From NCBI GenBank assembly GCA_963666115.2, contig CAXXET010000009.1, forward strand, positions 1 through 49,602: a stretch of DNA of 49,602 nucleotides, in the 5' to 3' direction. Shown piece by piece: positions 41,967 through 49,602 of the stretch; position 1 is the first letter of the stretch; every line of letters starts with the position of its first letter. The translations under genes were made by a program, and so were the position numbers. The stretch comes from Dehalococcoidia bacterium (GTDB lineage Bacteria; Chloroflexota; Dehalococcoidia; UBA6926). The notes below the pieces were generated by a model. That model saw nothing but the letters and a program-made list of their open reading frames with translations. It did no database searches and had not been told where the DNA came from.

Positions 41967-42031
41967 GCGATAACGCCCGATATATCGAACCGTCCTACCC
42001 TCTTCACCGCCCCGCGTTAGAATGGGATGGA

Positions 42032-42105
42032 CGGGGCGTAGCGCAGCCCGGCAGCGCGCCTGCTTTGGGAGCAGGAAGTCCCCGGTTCAAATCCGGGCGC
42101 CCCGA
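42032..42105 (+). tRNA. tRNA-Pro(TGG)
   Basis: CGGGGCG/CGCCCCG acceptor stem, CCTGC-TTTGGGA-GCAGG anticodon arm (TGG at 42066-42068), GTTCAAAT T-loop; CCA not encoded. Confidence 0.97.
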
Positions 42106-42147
42106 CTTTCTCCCATGCTCAGCCATGAGCTTCGCCCGCAATCCGGC

Positions 42148-42576
42148 TCAGGCAGCCGTCACCTCCAGGGTGACCGTGCAGCCAACCGCCGCTAACGCCC
42201 GCTGAACTTGGCTCATATGGGAACGGTGGTCGGGGTTTGTGATCCTGCGGACCGCGGCCTCGCTAACGCCCAGTCGCCGCCCCAGCTCCACTTTTGAGAC
42301 ACGCTGCCGCTTCATCGCCACATACAGCGCAATCTTGGCCGCTACGACAGGTATCACTGAAACGCGCTGCTGCCCCGGCTTGAGTTTCCCCGGATTCGGA
42401 ATCTCCTTCCCGTCGATCACGTATCCGGCCAGCGCAACTGAAAGGGCATCCGCTGCCAGTTCAAGAGTCTCGGGCTTGTTGTCCGCTCCGGTGATGGCCT
42501 CCGGCACGTCAGGGAACGTGGCAACATACTCGCCGCCCTCGTAGAGAGTCAGCTTACACGGATAGGCGTACAACAT
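42148..42576 (-). CDS. hicB: HicB-family antitoxin (no adjacent hicA)
   Basis: Y..TFPDVPEAITG, A.DAL..AL..Y...G..IP.P, AAKIALY, C-terminal HTH. Confidence 0.88.
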   Translation of the reverse strand: MLYAYPCKLTLYEGGEYVATFPDVPEAITGADNKPETLELAADALSVALAGYVIDGKEIPNPGKLKPGQQRVSVIPVVAAKIALYVAMKRQRVSKVELGRRLGVSEAAVRRITNPDHRSHMSQVQRALAAVGCTVTLEVTAA

Positions 42577-43820
42577 CAGTTAGAACTCCTTGTGTTGACC
42601 CCGCTAATGCCCCGTGTTGCTGCTATTAGCGCGAGGACGCCGCAGGCGGCGGCGACGATGCCGGCGACAGCGTATGGAACACCGGTCACGCCAGTCGCGT
42701 TCTCCGCAATCCTGCCGCTCACAATCGCGCCGATGGAAACACCAAGCGAATACGCCCCGTAGAAGATCCCGAATGCCAGCCCACGCCGCGCCGGCCCGCT
42801 GGAGTCGGCGACCAGAGCGGTCGCTGTCGGCAGGAGCAGCCCGAATCCAAGTCCGATGACGGACATGCCCACGAAGATTGCCCACATATCCTGCGTGGCA
42901 GCCATAACGAACAGCCCGGCGGCAAAGAGGGGAAGCCCTACGCTGATGAGGGAGAGCCTGCCGTAACGGTCGCCGCGGAGGCCGACCGCGCCGGCCATCA
43001 TGATGAGCGCGGTGAGGGCGAACATCGAGAAGGCATAGCCCGACAGCCTGGACGTTTCTCCGAGTTCCTGCACGTGCAGCGGCACGTAGGTGGTAAACGT
43101 GCCGACGCCGATGGTCCACGAGAGCGCAGCTATAGAGGCCAGGGCGAGCCATGAAAGGCGGAACGGGGTTATCACGGGGTCAGGATGGTCGGAGGTCTCA
43201 GCCTCTGCGTCCGCGGGTTCCGCAGCAATTCCGCCTGCGCCGCGAGAACCCAGCACGTAGATCACCGCAGTGGCGGCCATGAGGCCTGCCGCGATGAGAA
43301 ACACCGGCTCGTACCCGATCCTGTCGGCAAGGATTCCGGCGGTCGCGGGGCCAACGATTGCGGCAACGGCGATGCTGGCCGCGCTCCTGCCCATCGTTCG
43401 CGCGCGGCTGCCCGTCTCCGTGGAATCGCCGAGCATTGCAAACGCGCCGGGCGTGAGGACGGCGGCGGCGAATCCGTGCAGCGCCCTAACCGCGAGGAGC
43501 ATCTCTGAATTGGCGGCGAAAGCGTACCCTGCAAGGGCGAGGGCGGTGATTACCAAGCCCATCGTTATGGGCAATCTGCGGCCAAACCGATCCAGGAAAT
43601 AGCCTGCCACGACGTTGCCGGGGAGATTGGTGATCGAGTAGATGCTGACGATGAAGCCGGCCATGGTTTCCGACGCGCCGAGCTCCGTCGCATAGGTGGA
43701 TATGAGCGGCAGGCCGGCAAAGAAATCGAGAAATGCGACGAAGACGACGAGCGTCGCAAGCTGGACGCCGCGCCGTCCTGTGACGCCGCTCACGGCGGCA
43801 AGTTCGCTTGATGGTGACAT
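42576..43820 (-). CDS. MFS transporter
   Basis: About 12 hydrophobic segments; motif A G.FLDRFGRR; second-half GDRYGR. Confidence 0.92.
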   Translation of the reverse strand: MSPSSELAAVSGVTGRRGVQLATLVVFVAFLDFFAGLPLISTYATELGASETMAGFIVSIYSITNLPGNVVAGYFLDRFGRRLPITMGLVITALALAGYAFAANSEMLLAVRALHGFAAAVLTPGAFAMLGDSTETGSRARTMGRSAASIAVAAIVGPATAGILADRIGYEPVFLIAAGLMAATAVIYVLGSRGAGGIAAEPADAEAETSDHPDPVITPFRLSWLALASIAALSWTIGVGTFTTYVPLHVQELGETSRLSGYAFSMFALTALIMMAGAVGLRGDRYGRLSLISVGLPLFAAGLFVMAATQDMWAIFVGMSVIGLGFGLLLPTATALVADSSGPARRGLAFGIFYGAYSLGVSIGAIVSGRIAENATGVTGVPYAVAGIVAAACGVLALIAATRGISGVNTRSSN

Positions 43821-43887
43821 TGCCCTACGGTATCACGAAGGCAAACGGGACGGGCGGCTATTATGGAGCGAGTGAGGAGGAGCAGGC

Positions 43888-44253
43888 ATGGCGGCTGTTC
43901 GCTATATCGTGAAGGACGTTGAGCGGGCAGTGGAGTTCTATACATCGCTGCTGGGCTTTGCCGTCGCAGAGCAATACGGCCCCGCGATGGCCATCGTGAC
44001 GCGGGGCGATTTGAGCCTGTGGCTGGCGGGGCCGCGCGCCTCGGCCGCCCGCCCCATGCCGGACGGCCGCCAACCTGAGCCGGGCGGCTGGGCGCGCATC
44101 GTCATTGAGACGGACGATATCGAGGCTTTGGCGACCACGTTGCGGGAGGCGGGCGCGGCGTTTCGCAATGAGATCATCAACGGGCCGGGCGGGCGGCAGG
44201 TGATCGTGGAGGACCCGTCCGGGAATGCGATAGAAGTGTTCCAGGCGGGGTGA
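43888..44253 (+). CDS. VOC/glyoxalase family protein
   Basis: VRYIVKDVERAVEFY..LLGF, GPGGRQ...EDPSGN.IE.F. Confidence 0.92.
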   Translation: MAAVRYIVKDVERAVEFYTSLLGFAVAEQYGPAMAIVTRGDLSLWLAGPRASAARPMPDGRQPEPGGWARIVIETDDIEALATTLREAGAAFRNEIINGPGGRQVIVEDPSGNAIEVFQAG

Positions 44254-44308
44254 GTAGTATTGTCAATGGGACGTGAAGAGAAGGAACGACTCTATTCCAG
44301 GGGGGACT

Positions 44309-45106
44309 ATGCCCGGCTTACATGAATTCAGCCTTGATGGGAAAACAGCAATCGTCACTGGCGCCGGACAGGGCATCGGCAAGGGAATCGCGCTTGCGTT
44401 GGCGGAGGCGGGGGCGGATGTTGTCGTGGCGGGCATAACCGTCGCGGATCGCTCACGGTCGGAGGCCGATCTTCAAGCAACTGCCGACGAGATTCGGCTG
44501 CTTGGCCGCTCTGCCCTGCCCTTCGTGGCGGACGCGCGCGAGGACGCCGACGTTCACGCGGTGATCGACGCGGCGCTCAGGGAGTTCGGCAAGCTGGACA
44601 TCATGGTCAACAACGCGGGCGGGAGCTTCTACGCCCGCTTTCCGGACATCAGCGAGCGCGGTTTCGACGCCGTGGTTCGGAACAATCTCAAGAGCACGTT
44701 TTTGTGCTGCCAGGCGGCGGGCACAGTCATGCGCGAGCGGGAGAGCGGCGTGATCATCAACCTGTCGTCCGGCGCGGCGTTCGCCGGTTCCATCGCGCAG
44801 CCGGTGTACGCCGCCACGAAGGCGGGAATCACGAACCTGACGCAGACGCTGGCCGTGGAGTTCGCGCCGCACGTGCGCGTCGTCGCTCTCGCGCCCGGCC
44901 TGACGGATACCGTCGGGATGCGGGCGGGCTACGGCGACCAGGCGGACGAGCGGGTCGCAGCGCAATCACAGACCTTCGCTGCAAAGCGATTGGCCACCCC
45001 GCGCGACATGGGGCTGGCCTGCGTCTTTCTCACTTCGGACGCGGCGTCCTACGTCAGCGGCATCACCCTGCGCGTTGACGGCGGTGGCCGCGCTGCGGAC
45101 GATTAG
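44309..45106 (+). CDS. short-chain dehydrogenase/reductase
   Basis: TGAGQGIG, NNAG, SS, YAATK. Confidence 0.93.
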   Translation: MPGLHEFSLDGKTAIVTGAGQGIGKGIALALAEAGADVVVAGITVADRSRSEADLQATADEIRLLGRSALPFVADAREDADVHAVIDAALREFGKLDIMVNNAGGSFYARFPDISERGFDAVVRNNLKSTFLCCQAAGTVMRERESGVIINLSSGAAFAGSIAQPVYAATKAGITNLTQTLAVEFAPHVRVVALAPGLTDTVGMRAGYGDQADERVAAQSQTFAAKRLATPRDMGLACVFLTSDAASYVSGITLRVDGGGRAADD

Positions 45107-45186
45107 GGGGCGCCCCCGGCTGCACGGGGGATTCGGTTGGATGGCGGTGGATTCTGGGGGTGGATGGCAGGGGATATGCGGCCGGG

Positions 45187-46419
45187 ATGATGATTGACGA
45201 TACGCTTTCCGAGGAACTGCGGCTGCTACGCCACTCCGCGCGGGAGTTGGCGCGGGATAGGGTCGCGCCGCGGGCGTGGCAGATCGACCAGGATCGCGAG
45301 TATCCGCAGGACGTTTTTGAGGCCTTTCGCGACCAGGGGCTGTTTGCCCTTGCCCTGCCGGAAAGCGAGGGCGGCGCGGGAGCGGGAACGATGGGGCTGG
45401 CCATCGCCGTTGAGGAAGTGGCGCGGGCGTGCGCGTCCTCCGCCCAGATGATGATTCTTTCCGCCCTCGCGACGTGGCCGCTGCGCATGTTCGGCACAGA
45501 TGACATGCGCCGTGATTACATCCGCGCCGTGGCGGACGGCGGCAAACGGGGCGCGTTCGCGCTGACGGAGCCAAACGCATCCTCTGACCTCGGCTCAATG
45601 GTTACGCGAGCTGAGAAAAACAACTCGGACTACGTTATCAACGGGGAGAAAGATTTTATCAGCGGCTCCCCACAGGCGGATTTCTTCATCGTGTTCGCCG
45701 CTGCGGGAGACGCCCCGGACGTGCGCTCCGCCATGACCGCTTTCCTCGTTGACGTGCCGCAGCCCGGCGTGATATTCCTGCGGCGTGACGAGGGCATGGG
45801 TCTCAAGGGGATGCCGCACTGCGATTGGTCGTTCGACGGCTGCCGGGCACCGGAGTCGAACGTCATCGGCGGCATTGGGCAGGGAGAGGAGATCGCCCGC
45901 CTCAGCATGAACACCATCCAGCCGCTCCTGGCGACGCGGGGGCTCGGCGCGGCGGAGGAGGCAATCGCGTTCACGCGGGATTACGCCAACCGGCGGCGCA
46001 TCTACGGCGGGCTGTTGGCCGATCTGCAGACGACGCAGCTGCACCTTGCGGAGATGGTGGTGAACGTGGAGGCGACGCGGCTGCTGGCGTATCGGGCGGC
46101 GCAGATGGTGGACGAGGGGCGTTTCCACGACGAGGCGGACGCGGCCTACCTGAACGCGGCAAAGCTCATGGCGGCGCGCACCGCCGTCCACGCAACGGAC
46201 CACGCCATGCAGGCAGTCGGCGGACATGGCTACATGGAAGTTCACCCGCTGGAGCGGATGTATCGTGACGCCCGCCACCTGAGCCTGTACATGGGCACGA
46301 GCGAGGTATTGAGCCTGCGGGTAGCGCGGGCGGCGCTGGACGGCGGGCTTGGATATGGAGCGTCGGTTTCGCGGCAGTCAACCGAAGAACGTTCACGACG
46401 GGAGGGGCGCGATGTCTGA
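45187..46419 (+). CDS. acyl-CoA dehydrogenase family protein (non-canonical active site)
   Basis: FALTEP.ASSD, INGEK.FIS, QAVGG.GY...HPLERMYRDAR. Confidence 0.88.
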   Translation: MMIDDTLSEELRLLRHSARELARDRVAPRAWQIDQDREYPQDVFEAFRDQGLFALALPESEGGAGAGTMGLAIAVEEVARACASSAQMMILSALATWPLRMFGTDDMRRDYIRAVADGGKRGAFALTEPNASSDLGSMVTRAEKNNSDYVINGEKDFISGSPQADFFIVFAAAGDAPDVRSAMTAFLVDVPQPGVIFLRRDEGMGLKGMPHCDWSFDGCRAPESNVIGGIGQGEEIARLSMNTIQPLLATRGLGAAEEAIAFTRDYANRRRIYGGLLADLQTTQLHLAEMVVNVEATRLLAYRAAQMVDEGRFHDEADAAYLNAAKLMAARTAVHATDHAMQAVGGHGYMEVHPLERMYRDARHLSLYMGTSEVLSLRVARAALDGGLGYGASVSRQSTEERSRREGRDV

Positions 46420-47287
46420 TTTCACCATGCAGGTTGGCGACGCGGAGATCATCGCCGTGACGGACATGAACATCATCTACCCGCGCCCTTTGCCAGAGCT
46501 GTTCCCAAGCGTGCCGTTGGAGGCGTGGGACGACTACCGCGGCGACTTCGCGGACACGTTCGCGGGCGAGCACATCCGGTTGGAGATTGGGTGCTACGTT
46601 GTGCGCTCGCAGGGGCAAACCATCCTCATTGACACCGGCTACGGCCCCGGCCCAATCGAGGGCGAAGACGGCCAGCTCATGGACAATCTATCCGCTATGG
46701 GTGTTGAGGCGTCTGACGTTGACACCGTTTTCTTTTCACACCTCCACCCTGACCACACGGGCTGGAACATGGTTTGGGGAGAAGAGATTCCCACCGAGCC
46801 GACCTTCCCGAACGCGCGCTACCTCGTCCATACGCTTGACCTGGAGCACTTCCGCAAGCCGGAGGTTGAGGCCGGAATGTCGTTCCCGTTCATGTACCGC
46901 GACGTTGAACCGCTGGACACGCTGGGGATACTCGACACGATCAGCGAGGACACGAACCTGACGCCGGAGGTGCGGGCCGTCCACACGCCCGGCCATACAC
47001 CTGGGCATATGAGCGTTGTCGTGGCGTCCGGCGGCGAGGACGCTATCATCCAGGGCGACGTGTTCATCCACCCGGCGCAGGTGACCGAGGACGACTGGAA
47101 TTGCATCTTTGACGTGGATTGGTCGCTGGCGACCGAGGCGCGGCGCGCGATGCTGGACGAGGCCGCCGACAAGGGCACTCCGATGATTTCCTGCCACTTT
47201 CCCCTGCCGGGCTTCGGACGGATAGGGCGCAGGGGCGGCAAGAGATATTACCAGGTTGGCCTCGACATAGTTCCGACACGGGAATGA
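46412..47287 (+). CDS. metallo-beta-lactamase-fold hydrolase
   Basis: LIDTG, SHLHPDHTG, TPGHTPGH, GD...HP.Q, HF. Confidence 0.92.
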   Translation: MSDFTMQVGDAEIIAVTDMNIIYPRPLPELFPSVPLEAWDDYRGDFADTFAGEHIRLEIGCYVVRSQGQTILIDTGYGPGPIEGEDGQLMDNLSAMGVEASDVDTVFFSHLHPDHTGWNMVWGEEIPTEPTFPNARYLVHTLDLEHFRKPEVEAGMSFPFMYRDVEPLDTLGILDTISEDTNLTPEVRAVHTPGHTPGHMSVVVASGGEDAIIQGDVFIHPAQVTEDDWNCIFDVDWSLATEARRAMLDEAADKGTPMISCHFPLPGFGRIGRRGGKRYYQVGLDIVPTRE

Positions 47288-47298
47288 GGAGAATCGCC

Positions 47299-48555
47299 AT
47301 GACAACCGACATGAACTCCGCAGACGCCCAGCGCGTTCTGGACGCCGTCAACGTTGACGAAATGGCTCAGCTGGCCCAGGAACTCGTCCGCGTGCCCAGC
47401 TTCAAGACGGAGGAGACGGAAATCGCCCGGTTCCTCGCGGCCTATTTCACCGACCGGGGCTATGAGGTCCAGGTGCAGGAGGTTGAGCCGGGGCGCTTCC
47501 AGACCATCGCCACCCTCCGGGGCACGGGCGGCGGCAAGTCGTTCATGCTCAACGGCCACACGGACATCGACCCCCTCGCAATGGGATGGGAACGAGACCC
47601 CTGGACGCCCAGCGTCGAGGGCGACCGCATCTACGGGGCGGGCATCCGCAACATGAAGGCCGGCGTCGCCTCCATGATCACCTCGGCGGAGGCACTGCGA
47701 ACGTCAGGCGTGGAGAGGCGCGGGGATATCGTGATCGCCTGTGTGGTCGGCGAGCTGCAAGGCGGCGTCGGAACGATCTATCTCTGTGAGAACGGCCCGC
47801 TCGCGGACATGGCCGTCATCCCCGAGCCGCACGGCGCGAACAATATCCTTACGACGCACGCAGGCGTTGTTGAACTCGCCGTCCACGTCATCGGCAACTC
47901 GCGCCACATCGTCCGCAAGGACGAGGCCGTCGACGCCATCGCTAACCTGGCGAAAGCAATTCCGGCCATCAACAGCGTTGAGTTCACCTACACGCCGCGA
48001 GAAGACCTCCCCGGTCTGCCGCGCATCAATGTCGGCGCGGTCATCGGCGGGCGGGGGCGCGACTATGACCTGCGCGGCCCCAACTGGGTCGCCGACTTCT
48101 GCACTGCCCTTGTTGACGTGCGTTTCCTGCCCGGCATGTCCTCCGAGTCCGTCAGGGCGGACATTGAGCGCACGCTGGACGCGCTCAAGGACGATGATCC
48201 TGATTTCAAATATGAGATCGAGATGCCACCCGACCCTAAGCACCGCGTGTTCACCCGGGTCATGGAGCCGTTCGACCTGCCGAAAGACGAATACATCGTC
48301 GACGCAGTGCTCCGCAGCTTCAGCGCGGTGACGGGGCGGGAGCCGGACGGATTCGGCACGGTGCTGCCCGGTTCCTACACCGGCGATGACACCACGCACC
48401 TCTGGCGCGCCGGAGTCCCCTGCCTGCTGTATGGAGCGGCAGGGGCGTCCGAATCGGACACCGTCCCCGATGAATACGTGCGCATCCCGGACATGGAACA
48501 AGTAGCCCGCGTCCTGGCCCTAACAGCGCTGGACATCATTTCACTGCCCGCCTAG
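47299..48555 (+). CDS. M20/ArgE-DapE family metallo-amidohydrolase
   Basis: LNGHTD, IYG.G..NMKAG, PEP, DVRF.PG, DEYV. Confidence 0.88.
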   Translation: MTTDMNSADAQRVLDAVNVDEMAQLAQELVRVPSFKTEETEIARFLAAYFTDRGYEVQVQEVEPGRFQTIATLRGTGGGKSFMLNGHTDIDPLAMGWERDPWTPSVEGDRIYGAGIRNMKAGVASMITSAEALRTSGVERRGDIVIACVVGELQGGVGTIYLCENGPLADMAVIPEPHGANNILTTHAGVVELAVHVIGNSRHIVRKDEAVDAIANLAKAIPAINSVEFTYTPREDLPGLPRINVGAVIGGRGRDYDLRGPNWVADFCTALVDVRFLPGMSSESVRADIERTLDALKDDDPDFKYEIEMPPDPKHRVFTRVMEPFDLPKDEYIVDAVLRSFSAVTGREPDGFGTVLPGSYTGDDTTHLWRAGVPCLLYGAAGASESDTVPDEYVRIPDMEQVARVLALTALDIISLPA

Positions 48556-48631
48556 AGGGTTTACGACAACAAGTACAGGGGAGACCAAGAATTGACTATT
48601 CTCCACCCCGGCCCGGGACGTGTTTTGACTT

Positions 48632-49072
48632 TTAGGCGCTGATGGAGACGTTGCCTGTCTGTCCTTCGTATGTAAGCGTATAGTCTCTCAGGAATGACCT
48701 GCCCAGCAGGGCAACGTGGGGCTGGCCGCCCGCCGCAAGGTGTGCTCCAGCAAAACGTCCGTAGATCGTGAGATTTAGATCCGGCACATAAATCTGCGCG
48801 AGATACATCGCAACTTCATCCAGGCCGCTGATCCCGGCAACGGGGATTCGACCGATGACAGGTAGCTGCAATTCCATCGCGAGCTGCGAGTCGATACAAC
48901 TATCACGAGCGCCGGTGTCAATAAGAGCAGGACTGGCAATCAGCGGCAGGTCAAGCGCAGACGATTGCCCCGGAACGAATGTAGGATCGAACCCAATGCG
49001 GACAGGCAGGGTTGGCCCCTCTCGAATCAGAGAATCGGGGAATCCGGGAAATCCGGCGTTAGCTGTCGGCAC
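48632..49072 (-). CDS. retropepsin-like (clan AA) aspartyl protease
   Basis: ALIDTGA catalytic motif and ALLGRSFL; probable GTG start at 49072 overlapping the upstream gene end. Confidence 0.85.
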   Translation of the reverse strand: MPTANAGFPGFPDSLIREGPTLPVRIGFDPTFVPGQSSALDLPLIASPALIDTGARDSCIDSQLAMELQLPVIGRIPVAGISGLDEVAMYLAQIYVPDLNLTIYGRFAGAHLAAGGQPHVALLGRSFLRDYTLTYEGQTGNVSISA

Positions 49073-49325
49073 GAATCGGCCTGTATTGAACCGACGCGGG
49101 TAGCACCAGGGGCGGTTCGCCAACCTGCTTGATAAGATAGGGACCGCGCCCAAACTTACTTACTGCTTCCTCAGCGGCATCCTGGAAATCATCATGGACA
49201 CCAATCAACTCCATCCCATAGAAGACGACCCACTTGCCCATGTAGTCCATCTCAAGGCGACCACGCATTTCGTCATAGGCTTCTATCTGCCTGCTGAGCA
49301 GCTTATCCCCATCCTGCGTCTTCAT
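49059..49325 (-). CDS. small DUF5678-like protein
   Basis: AYDEMR..LE.DY.GKWVVF.G.ELIG.HD.F..A...A...FG..PYLI.QVG; ATG at 49325 with GGAGGG RBS. Confidence 0.7.
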   Translation of the reverse strand: MKTQDGDKLLSRQIEAYDEMRGRLEMDYMGKWVVFYGMELIGVHDDFQDAAEEAVSKFGRGPYLIKQVGEPPLVLPASVQYRPIRADS

Positions 49326-49396
49326 CGTGCCCTCCGGGACGCGCCTCACTCCATCATATTTTGTGCGCCATGTTACCACGTCAAACTGACGTGTGC

Positions 49397-49463
49397 CCCT
49401 CACCCTAACCCTCTCCCTCAGGGAGAGGGGATTGGATTCTTCACTGCGCCCTTGCTGAGGAAT
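49397..49463. repeat. REP-like family B copy 2 abutting a degenerate family A element
   Basis: CCCTCACCCTAACCCTCTCCCTCAGGGAGAGGGG followed by GGATTCTTCACTGCG...GGAAT. Confidence 0.7.
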
Positions 49464-49485
49464 GCCGGAGCGGGAACCTCGAAAT

Positions 49486-49602
49486 TCATGCTGTTTGAAG
49501 CACGACGTAAATGCAAGTGACCAAATAGGCCGGCGCGATTACGCTCGCCAACCACGCCCCTGCAAACGGAGCAAGATGGGTCCACGGCAGCGAAAGCGCA
49601 TC
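49486..49602 (-). CDS. C-terminus of a probable membrane protein (runs in from the window end)
   Basis: Manual translation DALSLPWTHLAPFAGAWLASVIAPAYLVTCIYVVLQTA*, hydrophobic. Confidence 0.4.
   Translation of the reverse strand, partial: DALSLPWTHLAPFAGAWLASVIAPAYLVTCIYVVLQTA

Noticed and set aside
42032-49602. Genomic island integrated at tRNA-Pro
   Set aside because: No integrase next to the tRNA and no duplicate of its 3' end seen in the window; an att site beyond the window cannot be excluded.

Overview
High-GC bacterial chromosomal segment. Gene content (rsmH-ftsA-ftsZ with no mur/ftsI genes, PAC2, acidic-tailed RplS, SDR/ACAD/MBL/M20 catabolic genes) suggests Chloroflexota/Dehalococcoidia, possibly SAR202-like (inference). 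The backbone is housekeeping: secA, pyrB, prs, purA, dapB-asd-yggS-dapA (at least 7 frameshifts, most likely read errors), pnp, rpsO, priA, rplS, trmD, mog, rsmH, ftsA-like, ftsZ, ispH and tRNA-Pro(TGG). Best candidate for an undescribed system: a two-gene cassette encoding a heme-oxygenase-like diiron oxidase (CADD/PqqC fold) fused to an enolase-superfamily enzyme, followed by a GH3-family acyl-adenylating ligase. It is bounded by a perfect 15-bp direct repeat derived from a terminator. A second cassette (NYN/LOTUS RNase) is bounded by a perfect 84-bp direct repeat containing the ftsZ terminator. Also notable: a ZnuA/AztC lipoprotein with an AztD-like domain inserted in its His-rich loop, a triple-Cache lipoprotein with no output domain, a degenerate FtsA, a DUF5678-like/retropepsin gene pair and several REP-like palindrome families. 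No CRISPR array, rRNA, integrase or transposase was seen. All family assignments come from motif recognition by eye; no database search was run.
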